From a bacterium (GTDB lineage: Bacteria > Hydrothermota > 32-111): a DNA stretch of 46,006 nt. Where the stretch lies: positions 1 to 46,006 of the forward strand of contig JBFXGO010000017.1 of the NCBI GenBank assembly GCA_050239825.1, written 5' to 3'. Positions 8,574 through 19,300 of the stretch are shown piece by piece. How positions within the stretch are numbered: the stretch's first letter is position 1; every line of letters begins with the position of its first letter. The notes under the pieces are model-generated. The model searched no databases and was not told where the DNA came from. It was given only the letters and a program-made list of their open reading frames with translations. Position numbers and translations under genes: made by a program.

Positions 8574-10721
8574 TTATTTCAATATTAATTGTTTCTCTGT
8601 TATTATGTTTTTTTCTGTTTTCAGTTTTATAAAGTAAATCCCATTCTTTAAGTCTCTGATGTCTGTCTTGTGTTCGCCGTTTGTCTTTGATTCCTCTTTA
8701 ATTAACTCTCTTCCTGATATATCGTAAACTGTTAATGTTGCTTCTGTATTTGTATTCCATATTATGTATTGGCTCTTGATTGTGGGGACAGTACAAGTAC
8801 ATGTCCCCAAGCTCTCGGCGCATGGCTCAAGGTTTTCTCCCGTCCCTGTCGGCCCAAAACTGCCGCTTATAACTGTTGGATTAAAGCAAGGAACCTTCAG
8901 TAAATTCTCTGTTATTGTATTGCTGTCAGGATATACTGTATCTCCGACTGATATTGTAGCATTTGTGTCTTTGAATTCTATCCTCAGTCTGTCTTTCTGA
9001 ATTACCCTATCCAGCCAAATTGTGCTGTCTATGTTCAACCATGTGTGTCCATAATTCAATCCCAATACTTCATCTATATTACTGCTGTCTATTATCGGCT
9101 GGTTTGTAAGCCCGTGAAAATACACTATCACATAATCATCATTGTCAACCCCGTCCTGAGCAATAAATCCGTCCGATGCTTTTATGCTGTCTATCCTGCA
9201 TTCAACCCCCAATCCGCCTTTAAGAATTGTCTTATATCTATTTTTGTCTCCATATATATATGCTTCACTCTCATAATATCCGATACTCTCTGTATAAAAA
9301 GCTGTTCTCAGTCTCAAGCTGTCAGTCGGATATACAGGCAACGGGTATGTCAATACCGTATCAACAAAAAATTCTTCATCTTTAAATCCTATGGAATCAA
9401 CAAAAATAGTATCTATTCCTTCATTATAAATAAACAGTTCTGTGCTCCTTAGTGTGTCCGACATTATTGCATTCCCATAGCTTATCGTATCAGGTGTATT
9501 CAGCATTCTCCATTCTATTATATATGTCTTCATCATGTCTATCCCGTAAGTATATGGAAGATATGGGTCCGACCTCCCGCTCCAAACTATCTCCTGCCTC
9601 CCATTCCCGTTCATATCTGCCATAATAACACTGCTTCCTGCAAATGTGTCATTATCCATACTCCACACCATCTCAAAGCTGTCATCTCCTGCTGTCTCAA
9701 AGACCTCCAATATACTTCCGGCACATAGCACAAGCTCATCATCTCCGTCTCCGTCTATGTCTCCGGATGTACCTCCACAACCGCTTGCTACTGACCCCCA
9801 AGGTCCGTAATCCTTTCTTATCCAGTGACTCCAGATTGTATCATAGGAATTGTCTCCCGTACATTCCATTACATAATGTAGCCATTCCGCTGGTGATTGA
9901 TCATACGCTTTTCCTCCTCCAATATAATTTATAAACCCATCATTATCTAAGTCCCCTAATATTTCTGTATAATAATAGCCACCACCAAGAGGATTAGCTA
10001 CCGAAACAAAGGAATCCTGATTCATATTCTTTGACTCATATACCTTCTGGCCCAAGTGAGTCATTGTCACAACATCCAACAGCGAGTCATTGTCCATATA
10101 ACCTATATCCATCGCATATACCTTTCTGCTGAATGTATCCTCATATGCAAACTCATAACTGTCATCCCCCATGCTTTCCATGTAAAACCAGCCGTATGGC
10201 TCGCTCACACTTGTATTCGGATTCGGAGCTCCGTATATCCTATCTCTTCCATCTCCTTTTAACAATGATGTTACTCCGAAAGAATATAAACCGCCATCAA
10301 AAACTGAGCCGGTACTCCATGTCCATACTTTATTTATGCTATCTGCTGTCTCTTGTTCAATTACGAATAAACACAAACTATCTGCGAAATTATTACAGAG
10401 AAAATCAAGATCACCATCTAAGTCAAAATATCCATACCCTACTATCCATCCTGACATCAGAGAATCATATAGAACAAACTCGTAATCATCATGTTTCATC
10501 AAAATATTTGTATAATTTTGAGGTGTGTCTGGAGTATAAGGAATAGAAAGAATTTTCAAAGTATCTATATATATCGGAGAAAATCTATTTCCGGAATCAT
10601 CTCCATACGGTATCTCCTGTTTTACCTCTATTGCTGATGATAACATCAATGAAGTCATTATGCATATTGATAATATAAACCATTTTGCCGGAGGGGATTT
10701 TATCCCCTCCGCTTTCTTGAT
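8574..10721 (-). CDS. Secreted FG-GAP/VCBS-repeat protein with Ig-like domain and T9SS-like CTD
   Basis: DLDGDLDF, DLDNDGFIN, GDIDGDGDDEL, ADMNGNGRQEI repeats; CTD LTVYDISGR...LKNGIYFIKL...KQLILK. Start uncertain: ATC at 10721 gives a normal signal peptide, the ORF track uses 10796. Confidence 0.75.
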   Translation of the reverse strand: MKKAEGIKSPPAKWFILSICIMTSLMLSSAIEVKQEIPYGDDSGNRFSPIYIDTLKILSIPYTPDTPQNYTNILMKHDDYEFVLYDSLMSGWIVGYGYFDLDGDLDFLCNNFADSLCLFVIEQETADSINKVWTWSTGSVFDGGLYSFGVTSLLKGDGRDRIYGAPNPNTSVSEPYGWFYMESMGDDSYEFAYEDTFSRKVYAMDIGYMDNDSLLDVVTMTHLGQKVYESKNMNQDSFVSVANPLGGGYYYTEILGDLDNDGFINYIGGGKAYDQSPAEWLHYVMECTGDNSYDTIWSHWIRKDYGPWGSVASGCGGTSGDIDGDGDDELVLCAGSILEVFETAGDDSFEMVWSMDNDTFAGSSVIMADMNGNGRQEIVWSGRSDPYLPYTYGIDMMKTYIIEWRMLNTPDTISYGNAIMSDTLRSTELFIYNEGIDTIFVDSIGFKDEEFFVDTVLTYPLPVYPTDSLRLRTAFYTESIGYYESEAYIYGDKNRYKTILKGGLGVECRIDSIKASDGFIAQDGVDNDDYVIVYFHGLTNQPIIDSSNIDEVLGLNYGHTWLNIDSTIWLDRVIQKDRLRIEFKDTNATISVGDTVYPDSNTITENLLKVPCFNPTVISGSFGPTGTGENLEPCAESLGTCTCTVPTIKSQYIIWNTNTEATLTVYDISGRELIKEESKTNGEHKTDIRDLKNGIYFIKLKTEKNIITEKQLILK
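10689..10711. other. Perfect 10-bp hairpin inside the first codons of the FG-GAP gene
   Basis: CGGAGGGGAT-TTT-ATCCCCTCCG with no U tract on the sense strand. Confidence 0.7.
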
Positions 10722-10728
10722 CTTCTCT

Positions 10729-13700
10729 TTATCTGATGAACGCAATCTTGCCTCTCTCAATTCCGTATTTACTTTCAAACAGATAAAAGTAAACACCGCT
10801 TGATAGTGAGTTCACTTTAATTTCATTAACCCCTTTCTGCCTTGTTTGTTTGTCGAAGTAAACCTCTCTCCCCATTATATCGTATATCTTGAATTGAGTT
10901 ATTCCGCTTTCCGGCAGAATAAATTTGCATTCAATAGTATTCCCAGCCACTCTCGGCAAGTTCCAACTATATTCCTCTCTTTTTTTATCAATATTGCTGA
11001 CCAATAAAGTTCTATTTTGAGAGGCAAACGCTTCTTTATCAATCTTATCATACTCATATAGATTCACGGCTATAGTTCTGTTAGGGTTTCCTTTCACTCT
11101 CTCAATATCCAAATCCAGATAGCCGTCACTGTAATCAGACTCATCGATAACTAATACTGTTGTCGTCTCTTTGCCTTCTATCAGTTGCTCAAACGCTCCC
11201 TCTATAAGGAGAGCATAAGGTTGATTTTTATTATTGTTTGTTGATATAACCTCAAGAAGATAATCCATCTCTGGGTTCAATCCTTCTACTACTGCTCCCA
11301 ATATTTCTATGGGCTGCTTATTCTCGGAAGAAGGCAGATAGTTTCTTAGTGCGCTTTCTGTTATATTTGTCAATGTGTCGGTCAAAAACACTGTGTTCGG
11401 TACATCCCCTATTGAGTCCGTATATATTTTGTAGCTTGCGCCTCCAAATTCTATTCTATAATTGTTATTATGGCCTTCAACCCATAAAGCCCTTATTTTT
11501 GTATTTTCAATATAAACTCTTCCTCCTTTAGGATCGGTCCCAATTGAAAGATACACTGAATCAACAAACACAGGATAAAAACAACTGTCAGAACCGCTGC
11601 TTATAGTTGCGTTTGATGCATCGTCTGAGAACTTCTGAGTGTTCAATCTGACATATTTGTCATCTCCTACATATGCAATCATTGAGTTATATATTTGGGG
11701 GTATTTCATATCACTTACCGTGTTATCTATAACTTTCGTGAATATATTGTCTATATACACCTCATTTCTAAAGTGTATAGGATTGTATTCCTGCCAGATT
11801 ATTTTGTTCGTATCCGTAAGTGATTTTGGATTTATACTTGGATTGAATGAATAAGCTGAAGAATTCGATACATTTTCGGATTGCTGCCATCCAAGAATAT
11901 TAAAATACTTCTTTCTGATTATCTCTCCGTTTATATCCTCAAAGACAATCATGGGCGCTATTTTATTCAACCTCGTATTTATTCCTATACTTGACAGATT
12001 GTATGGTTTTACTAGATAATTGTTTAGATAGTCGTATTCTCCTGCCTCACCTATCAGTTGTGTAAATTCGGGAATTACTAAATCGTTATACATAAATGAA
12101 TTATATTCCAGTGTCCATTGATTATCAACTGTAAGATGATCCGTAGTTATTCCTGCAAACCATATCTGCAACATATTCGCAGGATTTGTTATTATTGAAG
12201 GATTTCTATATCCCATTACGCTTGGAATTATCGGCTCTATCCACGGAGAAGTTGTATATGCATATTGCCATGTCTCTCCATCTTTCCATACCGCCGCCAT
12301 TCCTCCTGTTATTGCGGTTATACATACATCTTTTCCTCTGCTGATTTTTGTCAGCTCCCAGGTAATGCCAAAATCCTTGCTCTTACCATAAACTATGCTG
12401 TCTCCATCTGAATATGAGAGATGAAGAATACTACCTTGCTTAATCAAGTGATTACTGCTATTTGGTCCCAGCGCATCACTTGTTGTTGACCACATATACG
12501 GCTTAATAGTATCAGTTTTTGCAAAATAACCAACCTTCTCAGCATTGATGATTACAGGATAAGTAGTTTCAGTTCTTAAATCAAACTGTGCTCTTCCATT
12601 GCTGTCCGTATATGCTACCATTGTTGCTTTTTCAATCTGTCCCATATCGGTTATCGTATCATAAGTAACTGTTACCTTTACACTGTCTATTCCGAACATG
12701 TCAAGATTTTTGTTTCTGTAAGATGTATAAACATTAAAAGAGTTATTTTTCAAAACAGGCAATTCATTAGTATTAAACATGTAAATCGTATCCCTTGCTA
12801 CAAGGGGTAAGGTATCCGTTAAGAATGGGCAATTTATAACCCCTTTTCTCAAAGCATAAGCTTTAGCTACAAGTGTATCCGTTGTCAAAGTTTCTCCGTC
12901 AAAAACTAAATAGTCGAATGAAACATTGTATGTTCTGCCGGCAATTACATCATACAGCGTATCTGTCAAATGATATTCCGCTTTATTGTCCGGATCGTAT
13001 AGTTCCACGATGATTGTATCCTTTTTACCTGTATAATTATTTAATGATTTAAGCTCAACATAAACCATATCACTGAAAACATCTATCTGCTGACTGTCCT
13101 CAGGCATAACCGGCATCTCTCCTATCTTTATATCGACCGCAAACGGTTTATAATATTGTGAATAAAAGTCTTTATGCTCTTCAAATCCTACAACATTTTC
13201 TGTATTATCCAGTATTTCATGTATATAGGGATTGTACTTTGAAAGCTCCCAATATCTGTACATATTCCCTTCACTGAAATCAAAAGTATTTTCCGGAGTG
13301 TTGTAAGGCCCATCCACCACTGTATAAAAAACATATTCATTATTATTTTTAAGAGTATCGGGGCGCCATATATTTCTAAGAAGTGTTCCGGTCAATAAGT
13401 TAATGTCATTAACGGTAAAAGTCAGCGGATCATACCTGGCATAAAACTCCTCTATGAATTTCACCGTCCAGGTACCGTGAGAAACATCATCTCCATTGTG
13501 CCTAATCGTATCATAATATCCGCTGTAACTCCAAACATATGTGCTATCAAGCACACATAGTCTTTCTTTTATAAAATTTGATATTTTATATGTTTTATCG
13601 AAATATTTACTATTATTAGTCAGCAAATGCAAGTAAATCGCAGAATTACCAACATTACACTGCTTCCCGTTTGCATATATACTCCCCTGTAAAAAATGTA

Positions 13701-14420
13701 TCTCCGGATAATATTTATCAATCTTATAACCTAAAGTATCCATGGGCTGCAAAACATCTGTTTTATAAATATACCAGCCCATTTCTTCGGATAAATCCTC
13801 AACAAACCACTTATCCTCTTCCGCAAAAGCTTCTTCGCATATTTTTATAATTGAATCTCTGTAACCTTGACCTAAAACGCTCCAGATTTCACCGGTATTA
13901 TCAAGCGAATCAACCATATACACAAATTCCAGCATGGCTGATACAATTCTCCCTATAGCGGAAACATTAGGATACGCATAAAATTCTTTGGGATATCCAT
14001 AAAGAAAATCACTGGAACCGGTAAAATCGTCATATCTATATACAGTATCATTTCTTTCAATACCGGTATATTTCAAGCTCCTCCATGTCTTTAATGTACA
14101 CGGCTGAAAATCACTATTTATATAACTAACTACTCCTCTCTTATCATCTCTCATAGAAATAATATAATCTATAATTCCTTTTCCAGATAACAAGTTGCTT
14201 TCATTATAATTATTTGCCAACCCTAAAGTTATTGCATCCAATTGATAACTTTTGTTCCAACTTAAATCCCCAAAATCATTTCCCAATCTGTCAGAATCCT
14301 CACTAATAACATTCTGAGCAGTCAAACTGGATATTGATAACAACATCAATCCCCAAAATACTAATATGAATCGTAAGTATCGGGGGGGGGGGTAGTTAAA
14401 TGCTTTCTGAAATACACCAT
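10729..14420 (-). CDS. Large secreted multidomain protein with T9SS-like CTD; currently frameshifted at a homopolymer tract
   Basis: SD AAGGAGG + ATG at 14420 is 71 nt from the main ORF (14349), so out of frame by one base across G11 at 14382-14392. Asp-box SKDFGITW; CTD FKIYDIMGR...LSSGVYFY...GKIAFIR. Confidence 0.75.
14382..14392. repeat. G11/C11 homopolymer tract (simple sequence repeat)
   Basis: Eleven consecutive G in very AT-rich DNA, within the signal-peptide coding region. Confidence 0.95.
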
Positions 14421-14446
14421 AATTTCCTCCTTGTTAAATTTGTAAA

Positions 14447-14475
14447 AGTATAGTCCATCTTTCTTAATATGTCAA
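14447..14475 (-). promoter_or_regulatory. Sigma70 promoter of the large secreted protein
   Basis: TTGACA-17 nt-TATACT, 26 nt upstream of ATG 14420. Confidence 0.7.
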
Positions 14476-14670
14476 GTTGTCAATTGATTTGATTACAAAT
14501 AAATATTATTTATCAAAAATTTGTAATGAACATTTAAAATTTGCTTCGTTATTTGATGTACCCTAAATTATTGTGATATATTAATATTTTATTCTTTATT
14601 TATATTTATAATCTACATTAGTATAATATTTTTTACAGATTTAATTGAAATTTTATAGAAATCTCACCAA

Positions 14671-16080
14671 TTACATATCCAGCCATGCCATAACCGTATC
14701 TGCGACAACCTTGTTGCCTGCGGGATTGAGATGTGAATCGTCAAGCCACCATAAAAATTCTCCATTCTCTCTGTATGTCTTTTTAGATTTTGCAAACAGA
14801 GAGTATCCTGACTCAATAAACCAAATTTTGTTTTCTCTGCATATTTTTTCCGTTAAAAGAGAGAATCCGCTTCTTGAATATGATGAATTTTCATCTTCAA
14901 GAATAACCTTGCACACACTGCATTTTGAAGGTATGAAAAGAACAACAAGTTCTATACCTGCTTTGTTCGCCTCAGCTCTCATTATCTTCATCAAATTCAT
15001 CAAATTATCCGATGCACTGTTCTTCTCAAGTTCGGAGAGAGGAATATTAGCCATCTCTAAATAACACTTCATGCAGTGCATAACTCCGGATTTTGTGTTT
15101 ATTTCAATCAGGTCTTTTCTTTCTGCCAGCTCCTTGTTTTGCAATCTGTGAATAAATCTGTTGAAATTATTGGTCTTTCTGAAATTTTCAAGATGTTCGT
15201 TTATCTGAACCAAGAAAGAAACCTCGTAATTGCAGTCATTCTTCACCTCTCCGAAGAATGTTTTAAAATCATTTCCTTCAAATATTTGCCATATTATGAC
15301 AGCCTCATCTTTAAATGATATTTCATTTTTCATAACAAAGAAGGAGACGAATTCCTGCCAGGGTTCATTTCCGGAAACGGCAAGATTGCACACATTTGCT
15401 TTGGTTTTTGATTTTAGTTGTTCGACCCAGATGTCACTCTGTTTTATCGAACTTACTGCAGAGTAAGAGTCGCCGAGAACTATTATATCAACAGGATTGC
15501 TGTAGCACTCGGAAGAGTTGAGGTATCCGTATCTGTCAGTGGCGAAGTTCTGCTCCCTGAATTCACATTCCGACGAGTCATCCCCTTCATGAATCAAATC
15601 TCCATGAACCCGACTCTGTTTCAGAGATGCTGAATCCTTGAAAACATTCAGCTGAGGATACTTTGGATTTGCATATAGATTTGTTGCTTCGATGTTTGTT
15701 GCCAGCCTGAGAAATACCTCAATGGAAAACATCGAGAAGCTCATTGTAAGAAGAGAGATTACGAACCACCTCTTCGCTTCAAATAATGCGGGAATCCCGT
15801 AGATAAGAATGTTGACGGACATGAATATGAGAACAGAATACAAAAGAAGGTCATAAAACCCCATTATGAAAAAGAGAAACAAGAGATGAAGAATCATTGA
15901 AAAAGCCGTTTTTGTGCGCACAGGTTCATTCTTCATCAATAGAAGCATTAAGGTATTTATGAGAGTCAGAATAATTATATGATAAATAAGAAGTATTTTA
16001 GAGGAGAGCAGGGCAAGTATAAAATAGAGCATGGAAGCCAGGGTTATGGAAATCTTCTGTGTAGCCAGTCTTTTTGTCAA
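14671..16080 (-). CDS. Membrane-anchored SGNH/AlgX-AlgJ-like O-acetyltransferase or esterase
   Basis: Several N-terminal TM helices; GDSY (block I), NLAVSG, EGND, DSHLNPAG (D-x-H block V). Confidence 0.75.
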   Translation of the reverse strand: MTKRLATQKISITLASMLYFILALLSSKILLIYHIIILTLINTLMLLLMKNEPVRTKTAFSMILHLLFLFFIMGFYDLLLYSVLIFMSVNILIYGIPALFEAKRWFVISLLTMSFSMFSIEVFLRLATNIEATNLYANPKYPQLNVFKDSASLKQSRVHGDLIHEGDDSSECEFREQNFATDRYGYLNSSECYSNPVDIIVLGDSYSAVSSIKQSDIWVEQLKSKTKANVCNLAVSGNEPWQEFVSFFVMKNEISFKDEAVIIWQIFEGNDFKTFFGEVKNDCNYEVSFLVQINEHLENFRKTNNFNRFIHRLQNKELAERKDLIEINTKSGVMHCMKCYLEMANIPLSELEKNSASDNLMNLMKIMRAEANKAGIELVVLFIPSKCSVCKVILEDENSSYSRSGFSLLTEKICRENKIWFIESGYSLFAKSKKTYRENGEFLWWLDDSHLNPAGNKVVADTVMAWLDM

Positions 16081-16150
16081 ATGCCATTATTCCTTCCCCT
16101 TTTTTAAAACTCAACAAGATTATAGCAGAAATAATTATTTTTTCAAGATT

Positions 16151-16182
16151 AAAAAAAGAGGCGGACAATTGTCCGCCTCTTT
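16151..16182 (-). terminator. Rho-independent terminator of the efflux operon
   Basis: AAAGAGGCGGACAATTGTCCGCCTCTTT palindrome followed by a T run on the minus strand. Confidence 0.85.
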
Positions 16183-16211
16183 AAGTTATTCAAAACAGAT
16201 GTGAAGAATCT

Positions 16212-19200
16212 TTAAACTCTGGTCTCTTGACCCACCTCGCATTTTACGCGCTTTATTTTTGCTTCAGCTATTGAGTAGATAACCGGAACAATTACAAGGG
16301 TCACGAGAGTGGACATTAGAAGTCCGCCTATCACAACTATTCCCAAAGGCCTCCACATTTCAGCCCCCTCTGAAACACTCATTGCCAGAGGCAAAAGACC
16401 GAAAACAGTCGTAAGAGTGGTCATCAGCACGGGGCGCAATCTTCTCTTGCCGGCAAGCGGCACTGCATCGCAGAGAGCCATTCCATTTGTGCGGAGCTGG
16501 TTGATATAATCAATAAGCACTATGGCATTGTTGACTACTATTCCAACAAGCATGAGCATTCCTATGAACCCCATTATCGAGAGAGTTGTGTTTGTTAAAA
16601 ACAATGCCCAAATCACTCCTGTAAGAGCAAAGGGAATTGAAAATAAGATAACAAACGGGTCGATGAATGATTCGAACTGACCCGCCATGACAAGGAATAC
16701 AAGAAGAATTCCTATGAGTATGGCGATAAGAAGGTCTCTGAATGACTCCTGCTGGCTCTCAATATCTCCGCTTTTTACAATTCTTACTCCTTCCGGCACC
16801 TCTATTCTGGCAATGATCTCATCAAGCTTTTTATTGGCTTCAGAGAGCGGAGCATTGCTCAGGTTGGACGACAAAGTTATAAGTCGCATCTGGTCTTTTC
16901 TTTCAATCATAGGCGGCTGTGAGCTTCTCTCTATTTCTGCTACAGCCGATAGAGGTATTGTGAGCCCCGACGGTGTGTTCACAGGAATGGATTTAAGCAT
17001 TTCGGATGAAGAGAGGTACTCCCTGTCGAATGAAACGAATATGTCATATTCTGAGCCGTCTTTTCTATAAATAGAGGCGGTCGTGCCGTATAACCCGTAT
17101 CTCAAAGAGGACATAAGGTAGAAGTTGTTCATTCCAAACTGCATCATTCTTTCTTTTACGGGAACAACGCTGATGTCTGTTATCTCATCCTCTCTTGAAA
17201 TCGTTAAGTCAACAAAGATATTCTCCTTCTCCATCTCAGATTTTAAAAGTTTTGCCATTTTGAACGAATTGTCAAGATTTTCTCCGTAAATATTCAAAGA
17301 TATCTGCTTTGATGACATGAATGCGCCCATGTTGCCTGATGAAAAATCGGCGCTCTTTACTTCAGGATAGTCTGTCACCATTTTTCTCAATGAGGAGAGG
17401 TTCTTCTTTATAGTTTTTGTCGGCAGTCCGTCCTTAAATGTGAGTATCATGGTAGCAGTATATTGGTTTCCTCCGCCTCCCTGGCCTCCTCCGGAAGCGC
17501 TTCCCGCATAAAAAGTGAAATTATCAACATCAGGATAGTTTGAACGGATGTCTGTTCCAAGCTGATTTAAGATACTGTCTGTCTTCTCTATTCTCATACT
17601 CTGAGAGAGAGTAACGGAACCAAAGACCACGCCGCCCTCTAAACCTGGCATGAACTCTGTTTTTATTACAGTAAGAAGAAACAATGAAGAAACAAAAAGA
17701 ACTGCAAAAACAGATATGATGTACTTTTTATGCTTCAAACTGTATGCGAGAATGTTCGAATATCTCTGCTCGAGAGCAAGAAACCATTTCTCCGTAGTCG
17801 CCTGAAAACTGTTCAGTTTCTTCTTTCCGTCTCCCATAAGCCTCGAAGCCAGCATGGGTGTCAAGGTCACTGAAACGAAGAGAGATGCAAAGAGAACCAC
17901 GGAAATAGTGTAGGCAAGCTGTTTGAATAAAACCGAAGAAAAGCCCTGAATGAACAGGAGAGGAACAAATATAGCCACTGTTGTAAGAGTTGATGCAAGG
18001 ATAGCCATTATCACTTCATTTGTTCCAACGAGCGCCGCCTCTTTAACTTCCCGTTTCTCCTCATCCCTGTGTCTAAAAATGTTCTCAAGAACCACAATGG
18101 AATTATCAACCACCATTCCGATTGCCACGGAGAGAGATGCAAGAGAAATTATGTTTATAGTATCTCCAGCGGCGTAGAGATATATGAATGCAAATATGAG
18201 AGAGAATGGAATTGTCATTGAAATAATTATGCTTCCCTTGATATTTCTTAAAAACATAAGCACAACTATCAAAACAAAGAGGAATCCGTAGTAAATCGTC
18301 GAACCGAGATTTGCAATGGATGATTTGATGATTTTTGAGGTATCAAATATAATATTAATTTCCGTTCCTGCAGGATAGAGCCCTTTAATCTCTTCAATCG
18401 TCTTTTTGACTTCATCAAGAACTTTTATTGTATTCGCGTCTGCCTGCTTCTGCAAAACCATGACTATTCCGTTCTTTCCGTTGACTCTTGAAACTGAGTT
18501 CAGCTGTCCGGAAGAAAAGTCAATGTCTGCGACATTGTAAAGAAAAACCGGATTTCTGCCGGATGAACCAACTATTGTTTTTGATATGTCATCAATTGAT
18601 GAATACTCTCCGGGCAGTCTCACAGAGTATGTTCTGATGCCTTCTCGAAGCTCTCCCAAAGGCACATTCATTGATGTCGCCTGAATCATGGAGATTACCT
18701 GAGAGACACTGATATTGTATTTTACCATGTCAGGTATCCTCAAATTGACATTCACCTTCTCTTTTCTTGAGGATGAAAGGAATGCGGAACCGACTCCGGG
18801 AATTTGTCTGAACTTGTCCAGCACATATCTTTCGGTGAAATTGAACTGCGATGCTATATCTTCAGTAGGAAAGGATATCCCTATTATGGCTACAGGAGCC
18901 ATTGAAGATGAAAACTTATACACAATCGGATTCTCGGCATCGTCAGGCAAGCTTCTTCTTGCAAATTCAACCTGAGTTCTTATGTCATTGGCGGCTACTT
19001 CAAGGTCTTTTCCCCATTCAAAACTGACAGTGACAAAGGAGACTGACTCCTGAGAGGTTGATGTCACCTCTTTGACATTGGATACCATTGAAACTGCAGA
19101 TTCAATCTTCTTGGTTACCTGCTCTTCAATGTCAATACTTGATGCTCCGGGATAGACTGTCACAATGGAAATCATAGGCAGGTCAATCTTCGGAAATATT

Positions 19201-19298
19201 TCGACAGCGAGCTGTCTGAATGAGAGAAAACCGAATATCGCAATTACAATGAAAACAACTATTACGAGAATCGGCCTCTGTATAGAAAGTTTTACCAT
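16212..19298 (-). CDS. RND efflux permease (AcrB/AcrD/AcrF family)
   Basis: ~1030 aa; SIQRP N-terminus, YPGAS, AIGMVVDNSIVVLENI, GIVVNNAIVLID, RLRPVLMT. Confidence 0.95.
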   Translation of the reverse strand: MVKLSIQRPILVIVVFIVIAIFGFLSFRQLAVEIFPKIDLPMISIVTVYPGASSIDIEEQVTKKIESAVSMVSNVKEVTSTSQESVSFVTVSFEWGKDLEVAANDIRTQVEFARRSLPDDAENPIVYKFSSSMAPVAIIGISFPTEDIASQFNFTERYVLDKFRQIPGVGSAFLSSSRKEKVNVNLRIPDMVKYNISVSQVISMIQATSMNVPLGELREGIRTYSVRLPGEYSSIDDISKTIVGSSGRNPVFLYNVADIDFSSGQLNSVSRVNGKNGIVMVLQKQADANTIKVLDEVKKTIEEIKGLYPAGTEINIIFDTSKIIKSSIANLGSTIYYGFLFVLIVVLMFLRNIKGSIIISMTIPFSLIFAFIYLYAAGDTINIISLASLSVAIGMVVDNSIVVLENIFRHRDEEKREVKEAALVGTNEVIMAILASTLTTVAIFVPLLFIQGFSSVLFKQLAYTISVVLFASLFVSVTLTPMLASRLMGDGKKKLNSFQATTEKWFLALEQRYSNILAYSLKHKKYIISVFAVLFVSSLFLLTVIKTEFMPGLEGGVVFGSVTLSQSMRIEKTDSILNQLGTDIRSNYPDVDNFTFYAGSASGGGQGGGGNQYTATMILTFKDGLPTKTIKKNLSSLRKMVTDYPEVKSADFSSGNMGAFMSSKQISLNIYGENLDNSFKMAKLLKSEMEKENIFVDLTISREDEITDISVVPVKERMMQFGMNNFYLMSSLRYGLYGTTASIYRKDGSEYDIFVSFDREYLSSSEMLKSIPVNTPSGLTIPLSAVAEIERSSQPPMIERKDQMRLITLSSNLSNAPLSEANKKLDEIIARIEVPEGVRIVKSGDIESQQESFRDLLIAILIGILLVFLVMAGQFESFIDPFVILFSIPFALTGVIWALFLTNTTLSIMGFIGMLMLVGIVVNNAIVLIDYINQLRTNGMALCDAVPLAGKRRLRPVLMTTLTTVFGLLPLAMSVSEGAEMWRPLGIVVIGGLLMSTLVTLVIVPVIYSIAEAKIKRVKCEVGQETRV

Positions 19299-19300
19299 AC

